Shown here: positions 16,113-24,344 of the stretch, piece after piece
Position numbering within the stretch: position 1 is the first letter of the stretch
Layout: each line of letters starts with the position of its first letter
NCBI GenBank assembly: GCA_040081515.1
Contig: JBEBGK010000001.1
Coordinates: 1-25,284 of the forward strand
From: Chthoniobacteraceae bacterium
GTDB taxonomy: Bacteria; Verrucomicrobiota; Verrucomicrobiia; Chthoniobacterales; Chthoniobacteraceae
Direction of reading: 5' to 3'
DNA: 25,284 nucleotides
Position numbers and translations under genes: made by a program
The notes under the pieces: generated by a model
What the model was told of the DNA's origin: nothing
Database searches by the model: none
Seen by the model: the letters and a program-made list of their open reading frames with translations, nothing else

Positions 16113-17227
16113 TTCGATATAGTCGCGGGCGCATACTGCCTTAATGTCTCCCGGTCAGCATAAATCTGCGCGAATATTTCATCCATAATCCGAGCTGTTT
16201 GGACGATCTCACGATATGGAATGGGTGGAGGACCTGAGAGCTCAATGCTCTCGTAGAAGCGGCCGATGAGTTCCTTCATTCCAGAATCCTGATGCAGCTT
16301 CCGGGCGAGAAAACTCGAAATGTTCCTTCCAGCATTCAAGAGGTGCTCCCATGCATTCAGCACAGGCGGAACAAAATAGGTCAAATAGCTCTTCCAGCTT
16401 CGATTGAAGTGGCGGAGCACCGTTCCGCTTGCAATATCCACTGTCAGCGAGTTCCGCGGCCCGCAGACCCGGAATTGATTGATTCCGGGCTTGATCTGCG
16501 TGGAGAATGAGAAAAATGCCGTCGTTCCCTTTCTGTCTTGAATTAAGACGCGCAACTCATCCAAGACCTCCTGGCCACCCATGCTGCGGAGTTTTTCGCT
16601 CTGTCCGGCAACGGCCACAATGTGGGTCAGTTCATCGTCGAGAAACTCCACAATTCTGGCTACACCATGGCTGACGACGTTGTGAAGCAACTGGCCCGGA
16701 AGTTGCCTCACCCAGTGTCCGCGACTTCCCAGAATCGGGCCCACATAGCTCGCGTCTCCCAAGTCATAGGCGAAATGGCTTTCGAGATGCACGGGCTTCC
16801 CGCCAAGGAATCCCTTCTGGACGAGCCTTCGCATCGCAAGCATCTCGTTCGTGAATTGATAATTATGCCCGGCAGTGATTTTCCTCCCTGAACTGGCGGC
16901 TTGGGCGGTCAAGGATTCCGCCTCGACGGCGGTTACGGTGAAGGGTTTCTCCAGATAAACATGACAGCCACCCTGCAGGCATTGGCTCGCCAACGCAAAG
17001 TGTCCTTGTGGAGGGGTGGTGATATGAACCACGTCTGGCTTACTTACAGCCAACATTTCCGCCAAATCGGAGAAATGGCGTTCAATTTCAAACCGTTCCG
17101 CAAGCTGGCCTGCCATCAACATCTCGCGATCACAAACAGCAACAATTCCGCAGCCCCCAATACGATGCACAGCCTGCACATGCTGGTCTGCAATTTTTCC
17201 ACAGCCTACGATGGCGATTCGCAGCAT
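16109..17227 (-). CDS. Gfo/Idh/MocA family oxidoreductase
   Basis: 372 aa. RIAIVGCGKIA (Rossmann), DVVHITTPP..H and HVYLEKP. Confidence 0.9.
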   Translation of the reverse strand: MLRIAIVGCGKIADQHVQAVHRIGGCGIVAVCDREMLMAGQLAERFEIERHFSDLAEMLAVSKPDVVHITTPPQGHFALASQCLQGGCHVYLEKPFTVTAVEAESLTAQAASSGRKITAGHNYQFTNEMLAMRRLVQKGFLGGKPVHLESHFAYDLGDASYVGPILGSRGHWVRQLPGQLLHNVVSHGVARIVEFLDDELTHIVAVAGQSEKLRSMGGQEVLDELRVLIQDRKGTTAFFSFSTQIKPGINQFRVCGPRNSLTVDIASGTVLRHFNRSWKSYLTYFVPPVLNAWEHLLNAGRNISSFLARKLHQDSGMKELIGRFYESIELSGPPPIPYREIVQTARIMDEIFAQIYADRETLRQYAPATISK

Positions 17228-17236
17228 AAACGTTCG

Positions 17237-18316
17237 CTATTTCGCCTCAAATTGCCCCAGAAAAAGCGACATCGCCTGCTCCAATGGCACCCGAGGTTTC
17301 CACCCCAGCCGCTCACGGAGCTTCTGATTTGAAAACCGGTTTCCCTTCCATTCAGCTGAACAACGGCGTTTGTTGAATGCCAGCGGGAGCTGCCCCTCCG
17401 ACCAGCGGGAATATCTCTCCCAGAGGGCACAGAGTACGTACGCAAGGGAATACGGAAGTCGAACTGAAAAAAAACGCGACACCCGCCCCTTGTAAGCCCG
17501 CAGGAACTCACTCCCGGTCAACAGGTCATCATCGACAATATTAAACACCTCCCCCTCGACACCACGACGCAGACCAGCCAAAACCACCGCATCCGCACAA
17601 TTATCCACGAATGTCATCGGCAGGACTTGAGATCCGCCCACTTGCATGAAAAAGCCAAACGTGTCGATACCGACACGTCCGCTCAAATCACGCTTACCCG
17701 GCCCAAAAACCATGCCCGGGCGGAGAATCACATACGGCAAACCCCGCTTGTCGCCATAATATCTGACGGTTTGCTCTTGCTTCAACTTGCCAAAGCCGTA
17801 CGCATCGAACCTCGCTTGCGGAGCATCTTCCAGAGGGGAGTTCTCGTCCAACGTGGCCCCCCGCCTCATGTTAAAATTCGAATACACCGCAGACGAGCTT
17901 ACGTTTACGAATCGCTTTACTTTCCCAGACTCCAAAAATGCCTCAATCAGGTTGCGCGTCGAAAGCACGGAATTCATGAAGGCCCCAGCAAAGGATTTGT
18001 CAAATCCAGCAGCCAAGTGGTAAATGACCGATACCCCTGCGGTAGCCCTTCGACAGTCTTCCCGTGACAGCAAATCGCCCTCGCAAACCTCAACCCCCTT
18101 CGAATCAGGCAACCCTCCAATCACCGCGCTCAGTCTTTCCCGCCTACTCGAAGGCCTTACAAAACAGCGAATATGCCTAAAGCCTCTCGCCAGCAAGCTT
18201 TCAACAACCTTCACGCCGATGAAGCCATTGGAACCGGTCACCAGAACTACTTCTTCCACCCCAACGCAATCACCACAGTCAGGCATTGCGCCCAAAGAGT
18301 CATCAGGTAGGTTCAT
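17237..18316 (-). CDS. NAD-dependent epimerase/dehydratase (extended SDR)
   Basis: Start taken at ATG 18316, because the tracked start overlaps wzy. VLVTGSNGFIG, YHLAA, VSSSAVY, YGFGK (YxxxK) and ILRPGMVFGPG. Confidence 0.9.
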   Translation of the reverse strand: MNLPDDSLGAMPDCGDCVGVEEVVLVTGSNGFIGVKVVESLLARGFRHIRCFVRPSSRRERLSAVIGGLPDSKGVEVCEGDLLSREDCRRATAGVSVIYHLAAGFDKSFAGAFMNSVLSTRNLIEAFLESGKVKRFVNVSSSAVYSNFNMRRGATLDENSPLEDAPQARFDAYGFGKLKQEQTVRYYGDKRGLPYVILRPGMVFGPGKRDLSGRVGIDTFGFFMQVGGSQVLPMTFVDNCADAVVLAGLRRGVEGEVFNIVDDDLLTGSEFLRAYKGRVSRFFSVRLPYSLAYVLCALWERYSRWSEGQLPLAFNKRRCSAEWKGNRFSNQKLRERLGWKPRVPLEQAMSLFLGQFEAK

Positions 18317-18384
18317 CAGTCTCGGAAATGTAAAGTTACCTCTTTTTTGGAAATCACCAGCAACGACATACACAGCTAACTGGC

Positions 18385-19761
18385 CTATCCCACGGCTACC
18401 GAACTTCCTCGCGGATGCACATCCCTCATGGAATCCATCGATACGCTCCCCCCTCTGCTTCGCCGGCAATCCAGCGCGATAATGTAGAAAGTAAACCATA
18501 CAACGTGCAGAGCTTTCAGAGCAGCTTCGGTATAGTTGTAGAGCAGAAAGGCGAATAGAAATCCGATTCGCAATTGGCCAAATCGAAAATCCCGAAGAAT
18601 CTCTCGTCTAGCCTTGCGATAGGTAGAGAGTATCAGCCCGATCAAAATAAACACTCCAATCCATCCGAGATTCAAATATGTCTCCAAATACCCATTATGA
18701 GCCTGATTCGGCTGGAACGGAAAGATTTCGCCAAGCTTTTTGTAGCGCTCCCCGAGCCAAAAGCTTTCAAAGCCAGCTCCAAGAACTGGGTTAATGTCAA
18801 TGTTTAAAACCTCTCTCCAGATGTCCGTCCGGTCCGTTAGAGTAGCGTTTCTCCCAAGGAGTTGCAGCGTCCCAGCATAGATTCCGAAGGCAAGCTCGGC
18901 AAGAGATGCAATCAGCAGTGCAACCAGGACGTAAGTTCCGAAATTCCGCTTATTTACAATTCGCAATGAAAGGATCGCCATTGTCACTACACCAGCAATG
19001 AGTGACATTAATGACGTCTTACTGTCTGCCATCCAGAGCAACCACAGGATCATAATGAGAAAAGTCACATTGATGACAATCTCATTTCGTCGCGAAGCAC
19101 TCTTGGGATTATTCCAAAGCCTGTATAAACTCCAAATAAAGACAACGCCTAAAACAAGGCAATCCGCCCCCAGGATGTTTTTATTCAGCGTGACACCGGT
19201 ATTCGTAGCTGCGCCGGTCCATCCGTCGAAGCCTCGGCCGAATTCGGGAAGATACTTGATGAAAATGACCGAAAGTGGCATTAAGATATATGCGCTTCTT
19301 CTCATCACCGTTGTCACGGCTTGTGAGACATCGCGTTCAGTCATTATGATGAGCGCCATGATTGGATGGCCTAAAATCTTGATCCATCGCTTAAACGCAA
19401 CAAATGGGAAATCAGACCAGACAATTGCTACAAAGCAGTAGGCGAGGAAGATGGTCAGCCACTGGTTTTGCTGAATAAGGGAGCGCAGCGAAACTCTCCG
19501 TTTTCGCAGAATATTAACACCTCCTGCGATTAGGCCAAAAAAGACAACGGCATCGATGGGGCTGCCGTCCTCGAGCGAACCACCACCAACTGATAATCCG
19601 AATGTGTCCAGCCATTGGGAGAGAAATCTCGACCCGATTATTACAACCCAGATTGTTGGAAGCCAAAGAGCGCCGCTTACACCTACTCCCTGCCTGGAAT
19701 CACGATTAAATAAATAGCCGATAAACCCGAGGGTTATGATGAGGGCTAGGAGCGGAGGCAT
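18385..19761 (-). CDS. O-antigen ligase / Wzy-like polymerase family membrane protein
   Basis: 458 aa with many hydrophobic segments. NKNILG, SKTS, RTDIW, GAGFESFW and AHNGYLETYLNLGWIG (conserved His loop of the Wzy_C/WaaL family). Confidence 0.88.
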   Translation of the reverse strand: MPPLLALIITLGFIGYLFNRDSRQGVGVSGALWLPTIWVVIIGSRFLSQWLDTFGLSVGGGSLEDGSPIDAVVFFGLIAGGVNILRKRRVSLRSLIQQNQWLTIFLAYCFVAIVWSDFPFVAFKRWIKILGHPIMALIIMTERDVSQAVTTVMRRSAYILMPLSVIFIKYLPEFGRGFDGWTGAATNTGVTLNKNILGADCLVLGVVFIWSLYRLWNNPKSASRRNEIVINVTFLIMILWLLWMADSKTSLMSLIAGVVTMAILSLRIVNKRNFGTYVLVALLIASLAELAFGIYAGTLQLLGRNATLTDRTDIWREVLNIDINPVLGAGFESFWLGERYKKLGEIFPFQPNQAHNGYLETYLNLGWIGVFILIGLILSTYRKARREILRDFRFGQLRIGFLFAFLLYNYTEAALKALHVVWFTFYIIALDCRRSRGGSVSMDSMRDVHPRGSSVAVG

Positions 19762-19870
19762 TGCCTGTCAAACTCCGAAATGTGCCATTGCTCGATGTTG
19801 CGCGTTCAACGGGTGGATATTGAGATGTCCCCTAGATTGGTCGGATTCTCGAACAGGTAGTTTCCCCTTC

Positions 19871-20968
19871 TCACTTAAAGAAGGATCGAAACTGCTCCGA
19901 CACGTCGCTAATCATCGCTTCTGGCATCTCTGGAAAGATGGGGAGCGACAAGATCTGGGATTGATTGCCGTGCGCGACCGGGAAGTCTGCCGGTTTATGA
20001 CCGAGATACGCGTACGCCGGATAAAAAGGCAGTGCCTTTGGGTAATTTAGTACTGTGGCTATGCCATTGTCGGCGAGGAACTTCTTAAGGGCGTCCCGTC
20101 GCCGCGTTCTTACGACGTAGAGGTGATAGACGTGATCCCGATCGCTTCCGACTCCCGGCGGCAGGATGTCCCCGACGCCGTTCAAAAGCTCGCTATACCG
20201 AGCAGCAATTCTTCGTCGGGCCTCGGTCCAGGCCGACAAGTGGGGCAATTTGACACTCAGGATTGCGGCCTGCAGTCCGTCCAACCGGCTGTTGATGCCC
20301 TCCATGATGTGCTCTCCCTTCCCGCCGTGACGGGCGAAAGTTGCCATCCATTCGGCAAGCCCGTCATCGTTGGTGACAGCACATCCAGCATCACCGTAGG
20401 CACCGAGATTCTTCCCAGGATAAAATGAAAACGTTGCGGCATTTCCGAAGGTCCCGACAAGTTGTCCTTTGTATTTCGCAAGGTGCGCCTGGGCGCAATC
20501 CTCTATCACCCACAGATTGTGCTTTCTCGCAATCGCCATGATGGCATCCATGTCACAAGCCTGACCATACAGGTGGACAGGAATGATGCCGACGGTTCGA
20601 GGGGTAATTTTTGACTCAATCTGCCGCGGGTCGATGTTGAAGGTATCGTAGTCCGTGTCGCAGAAAACTACTCTTCCCCCTGCTTGGGTGATTGTTTCCG
20701 AAGTCGAGATCCAAGAGTGGGCGGTTGTGATGACCTCGTCTCCGCCCTCGATACCCAAGCCCCGCATCGCAATGTACAGGGCATCGGTCCCATTCGCGCA
20801 CGAGACGCAGTGCTTTACCCCAAGCGTCTTCGCCCAAGCCTCCTCGAACGCCTCAACATGCGGCCCGCGAATGTAGGCAGATTTTGCAATGACATCCGCA
20901 ATCGCGGCATCAATCTCGTCTTTAATCGTTAAATACTGAGCGTGAAGGTCTACGAATGGAACTGTCAT
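19871..20968 (-). CDS. DegT/DnrJ/EryC1/StrS PLP-dependent sugar aminotransferase (WbpE/WlbC/GnnB-like)
   Basis: Start ATG 20968 (MTVPFVDL). [35 protein letters not shown] (catalytic Lys) and NSRLD.LQAA. Confidence 0.95.
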   Translation of the reverse strand: MTVPFVDLHAQYLTIKDEIDAAIADVIAKSAYIRGPHVEAFEEAWAKTLGVKHCVSCANGTDALYIAMRGLGIEGGDEVITTAHSWISTSETITQAGGRVVFCDTDYDTFNIDPRQIESKITPRTVGIIPVHLYGQACDMDAIMAIARKHNLWVIEDCAQAHLAKYKGQLVGTFGNAATFSFYPGKNLGAYGDAGCAVTNDDGLAEWMATFARHGGKGEHIMEGINSRLDGLQAAILSVKLPHLSAWTEARRRIAARYSELLNGVGDILPPGVGSDRDHVYHLYVVRTRRRDALKKFLADNGIATVLNYPKALPFYPAYAYLGHKPADFPVAHGNQSQILSLPIFPEMPEAMISDVSEQFRSFFK

Positions 20969-20999
20969 AATTCGAAATAAATTCTGCGACTGTTGGAAC

Positions 21000-21476
21000 T
21001 CAGAGCGACCGGACCAGCCGTGCGGGATTGCCCGCATAGATTCCTGGCTTTGAGATGTCCTTTGTTACCACTGCGGCGGCGCCGACGACCACTCCGTCGC
21101 AGATGGTAACGGGCAGTATCGTTGCATTCGTGCCGATGCTGACTCCATTCCCGATTCTTGTGGAACGCCAGAGGTCGCGACGCCCTTTCGCGGGCCCGCC
21201 GATCGAGAAGAGGTCATTAATGAACATCGCCCCGTGGGAGATGAAACAGTCGTCACCAATTGTTACGAGTTCACAGATAAACGCGTGAGACTGAATCCTG
21301 CAGCGTCTTCCAATGGTTACATCACGCTGAATCTCGACAAACGGCCCAACAAAGCTGCCATCACCGATTGAGCAACCATAGAGATTCACCGGCTCAACAA
21401 CGGTGACTCCGTCTCCAAACGTGACGTCGATGATTCCGGCCTTCCGGAGTGTCGGTTCCTTCGAGATGCTTGCCAT
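21000..21476 (-). CDS. Hexapeptide-repeat (left-handed beta-helix) N-acetyltransferase (WbpD/WlbB-like)
   Basis: 158 aa. Hexapeptide repeats SIGDGS, TIGRRC, TIGDDC, RIGNGV, plus SHGAMFIND and YAGNPAR. Confidence 0.92.
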   Translation of the reverse strand: MASISKEPTLRKAGIIDVTFGDGVTVVEPVNLYGCSIGDGSFVGPFVEIQRDVTIGRRCRIQSHAFICELVTIGDDCFISHGAMFINDLFSIGGPAKGRRDLWRSTRIGNGVSIGTNATILPVTICDGVVVGAAAVVTKDISKPGIYAGNPARLVRSL

Positions 21477-21482
21477 AATTCG

Positions 21483-22493
21483 TTATTTCAGCTGTCGTGC
21501 TTGTTCGAGAATGGAAACCACATTCCGAGCATGCGGGATGCCGGTGATTGGCTTCTTTCCAGTGCGGATACATTCCGCGAAGTGCTCCGCGGCGGAACGC
21601 AGCGGCTCAGTAAACTTGACCTGTGGCATCAAGATATCACCGCTTCGGAGGCTGAATTGCTCACGGCCCGGTTGATCAAAATCCATGTTCTGCCCGAGAA
21701 TCGCTTTCTTATCGATGCCCTTGTCGTAAATCGTGATCTTCTCGTCAGCGACGTCATCGTAAACGACCATTTTCTTGGAACCAACAATGATCATCTTCCG
21801 CACCTTCTGCGGATCCAGCCAGCTCACGTGAATGTTGGCCATGACTTTATCCGGGTACACCATACTCAGAAAGACCACATCATCGATACCATTCTGGACA
21901 TAATCCATCCCGAGCCGATGCACTGCCACGGGTTCAGGATCCCCGAGCCAATATTGAATGATGCTGATGTCGTGAGGTGCAAAATTCCACAATGCATCGA
22001 TGTCCGAACGAATGCGGCCGAGGTTCAACCTCTGGCTGTAGATGTAGCGAATCTCACCCAGGTCGCCGGCCTCCACCATTTTCCTCACATACCGGACAGC
22101 GGCGTTGAAAAGAAAGGTGTGACCGGCCATGACGATCAGATCTTTGTCCGCTGCGCGGCGGCCCAGAGCATCGACATCGGCAGCCGTGGTCGCCAGCGGC
22201 TTCTCGACGAAGACGTGCTTGCCGGCGGCGAGGACTGCATCAGCCAGTTGGAAGTGCGACGCCGCCGGAGTGGCGACAATTACGGCATCCACTTCGGGGT
22301 CTGAAAGGACGATATCGTTGTCCTCGACCGCCTTGCTGCCTGGGAACGCCTTTTCAACGAACGCACGGCGCTCAGGACTTGAATCGACGACATATTTGAC
22401 CCGACAATTGGGCAGCGCCGAGAAATTGCGGACAAGATTGGGCCCCCAATATCCACAGCCGTATTGCGCGAAAGTCAGCGTTTCCTTGTTCAT
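21483..22493 (-). CDS. Gfo/Idh/MocA family dehydrogenase (WbpB/WlbA/GnnA-like NDP-sugar 3-dehydrogenase candidate)
   Basis: Start ATG 22493; GTG 22556 is an alternative. GCGYWGPNLVRNF, VIVATPAASH, HVFVEKP and WNFAPHD. Confidence 0.9.
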   Translation of the reverse strand: MNKETLTFAQYGCGYWGPNLVRNFSALPNCRVKYVVDSSPERRAFVEKAFPGSKAVEDNDIVLSDPEVDAVIVATPAASHFQLADAVLAAGKHVFVEKPLATTAADVDALGRRAADKDLIVMAGHTFLFNAAVRYVRKMVEAGDLGEIRYIYSQRLNLGRIRSDIDALWNFAPHDISIIQYWLGDPEPVAVHRLGMDYVQNGIDDVVFLSMVYPDKVMANIHVSWLDPQKVRKMIIVGSKKMVVYDDVADEKITIYDKGIDKKAILGQNMDFDQPGREQFSLRSGDILMPQVKFTEPLRSAAEHFAECIRTGKKPITGIPHARNVVSILEQARQLK

Positions 22494-22552
22494 TGAATGC
22501 GGTTTCGAGGTTCTCGATGTCGGTGGGTATTCAGAGGTGTGCAGAATGCAAG

Positions 22553-24214
22553 TCACGCTGCGAGGCAGACCTCGGCAGTGCTCTCAAACTCCTTATCAGT
22601 CACTTGAGGGGTCGCCGCCGGACCGCCTTCGGATATCTTCCGGGCATTGGCACGCCGAGAGACGCGCAATCGCATTCCAGGCAGCCCAGTTTCACCGCCC
22701 GACACTTTTGCGCGGACCCGTACGACACGACCGTTCTCACGGACCTCCTCCAACGCCGCTGCGCGCCGCAACTTGAACCACCGCACAGCATCCAACCCCT
22801 TCGCGAACCATGGTCCGCGCATCTTTAGCCTTCCAAGCATCCCAATGTAGAAGTCACCCCACAACCGTTCCGGGGCCACGCTCCGATCGTGCCAGTTGAT
22901 AGTCATCACGCCGCCAAATCGTGTAGCATTTTTGAACAGGCCATCAACAACGGCATCGGCATCCGCCGGATCGAGGTTCATGTGGGACGGATAAAAGAGA
23001 GCCGTATCCATAATGTGCATCGGTAACTCCAGCAGGTTCGCAGTTCCGACTAGTTTGAACACCTGGCTAGTACCGGATCGAAAGCCGACGCATTCGTTGT
23101 AGCCAACAGTGGAATCGTATGCGAAGCCACCTTCCTCCAGTATTCTTGGCGATTGTTCACCAAAGCACAACCAATGCATGCGAACTCCGATCTCCCGGGC
23201 TCCTGTCACCTTCGCAATTCGCTCCCGCTCCTTCAGGCCCTCGCGACTGTCGATCCATGCATCAAGGCCATGCAACGAAACTTCCCCGCCTCCAGCGGTA
23301 ATCCCATTGATCTCGTCAACAATGTCGCTGACATCATAGCGGGTCGCCCGCTTGGATGGCTTTGCGCCATTCGTGTCGACCCCGGCGTGACCCTTGAACG
23401 GCACGACGAAGAAGGTGGATTTCAACCCGGCCTCAATTTCTCGATAACGATCGAATTGATACCAAAAGTCCTTCGCAATTCCCATGTGGACAAATGGGAG
23501 CCTCAGGACCGCAGCCCAGTTGGTGCACAATTGACGCATCGTCATCCGTCCCCTGCAAACCTTCACCACGGACCCGACGATTGCCCGGTAAAGAAATCCG
23601 AACATGGTGTGGTCGCACTTGTGGTTTCGAATTCCGACATGATCGACGTCATGCGTCAGGCAGGCAATGAACGAATGCCTTGTGGGCACAGGGGGAATCT
23701 CGACCACCGGAAGGCAACTCTCGACCATCAGATCCCGAACCAACGCGATGTGCAAATCGAGGGTCGGGGTGCGCGCCCAGGCCGGCGGCTGCCCAGTAGT
23801 GAGCAAATGGTGAACCTCATGGAAGAGGTCGAATCCGATGTGGATTCGCCTTTGGCTCCCCTTCTCATCAACTTGGGCGGCCGGCTCCTGAGTTCCCTCA
23901 TCTTTCAAAGGATGAGCCTCACCACTGCCGAAGGTGACACTCGCCCCATAAATCGGAAACCGATCACCCCTGTAGGTTAAGACTCGGCTATGACTCCCAG
24001 GAGCCACGAGCCTCCGGTTTTCACTCTCGCGCGACTCCCACTTCGGGTTGAAGATCAAAACGAGTCGCGCATCAACTTCTGATGGCGGTTCACCCGAACA
24101 TAAGACCGCTTCATAAGAGCTTCCGGCTTTGAAGAATTCCCAAGGAGTCTTGAACAATTGGAAAAACTCTTCGACAACGGGGTGCTGCTTGGAATCAGCG
24201 ATTACACCTATCAT
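22553..24214 (-). CDS. Polysaccharide deacetylase-like protein (NodB/CE4-type domain with extra N-terminal domain)
   Basis: 553 aa. CLTHDVDH, EVSLHG, GVRMHWL, YDSTVGY and MDTALF resemble the metal-binding and catalytic motifs of deacetylase-like proteins in polysaccharide loci. Confidence 0.68.
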   Translation of the reverse strand: MIGVIADSKQHPVVEEFFQLFKTPWEFFKAGSSYEAVLCSGEPPSEVDARLVLIFNPKWESRESENRRLVAPGSHSRVLTYRGDRFPIYGASVTFGSGEAHPLKDEGTQEPAAQVDEKGSQRRIHIGFDLFHEVHHLLTTGQPPAWARTPTLDLHIALVRDLMVESCLPVVEIPPVPTRHSFIACLTHDVDHVGIRNHKCDHTMFGFLYRAIVGSVVKVCRGRMTMRQLCTNWAAVLRLPFVHMGIAKDFWYQFDRYREIEAGLKSTFFVVPFKGHAGVDTNGAKPSKRATRYDVSDIVDEINGITAGGGEVSLHGLDAWIDSREGLKERERIAKVTGAREIGVRMHWLCFGEQSPRILEEGGFAYDSTVGYNECVGFRSGTSQVFKLVGTANLLELPMHIMDTALFYPSHMNLDPADADAVVDGLFKNATRFGGVMTINWHDRSVAPERLWGDFYIGMLGRLKMRGPWFAKGLDAVRWFKLRRAAALEEVRENGRVVRVRAKVSGGETGLPGMRLRVSRRANARKISEGGPAATPQVTDKEFESTAEVCLAA

Positions 24215-24344
24215 TCAGACACAGAATTCATTCATTCGACCATCGCGCCGCCTGAAATCCAATTGGTTTGTGAACGCGATGAGATGCACAGGCATTCGGT
24301 GAGCACAATTCTTTAACAGACTGCGCGGGCTCCTGCGCCGACCC

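Noticed and set aside
944-23980. Long plus-strand ORFs (944..1555, 1312..2019, 3984..4541, 12012..12689, 21501..22304, 23153..23980 and others)
   Set aside because: All are antisense to well-supported minus-strand genes and show no recognisable motifs. They are typical shadow ORFs of GC-rich coding DNA.
24322-24340. GC-rich hairpin after the right-edge GT4 stop
   Set aside because: Short, mismatched stem and no U-tract.
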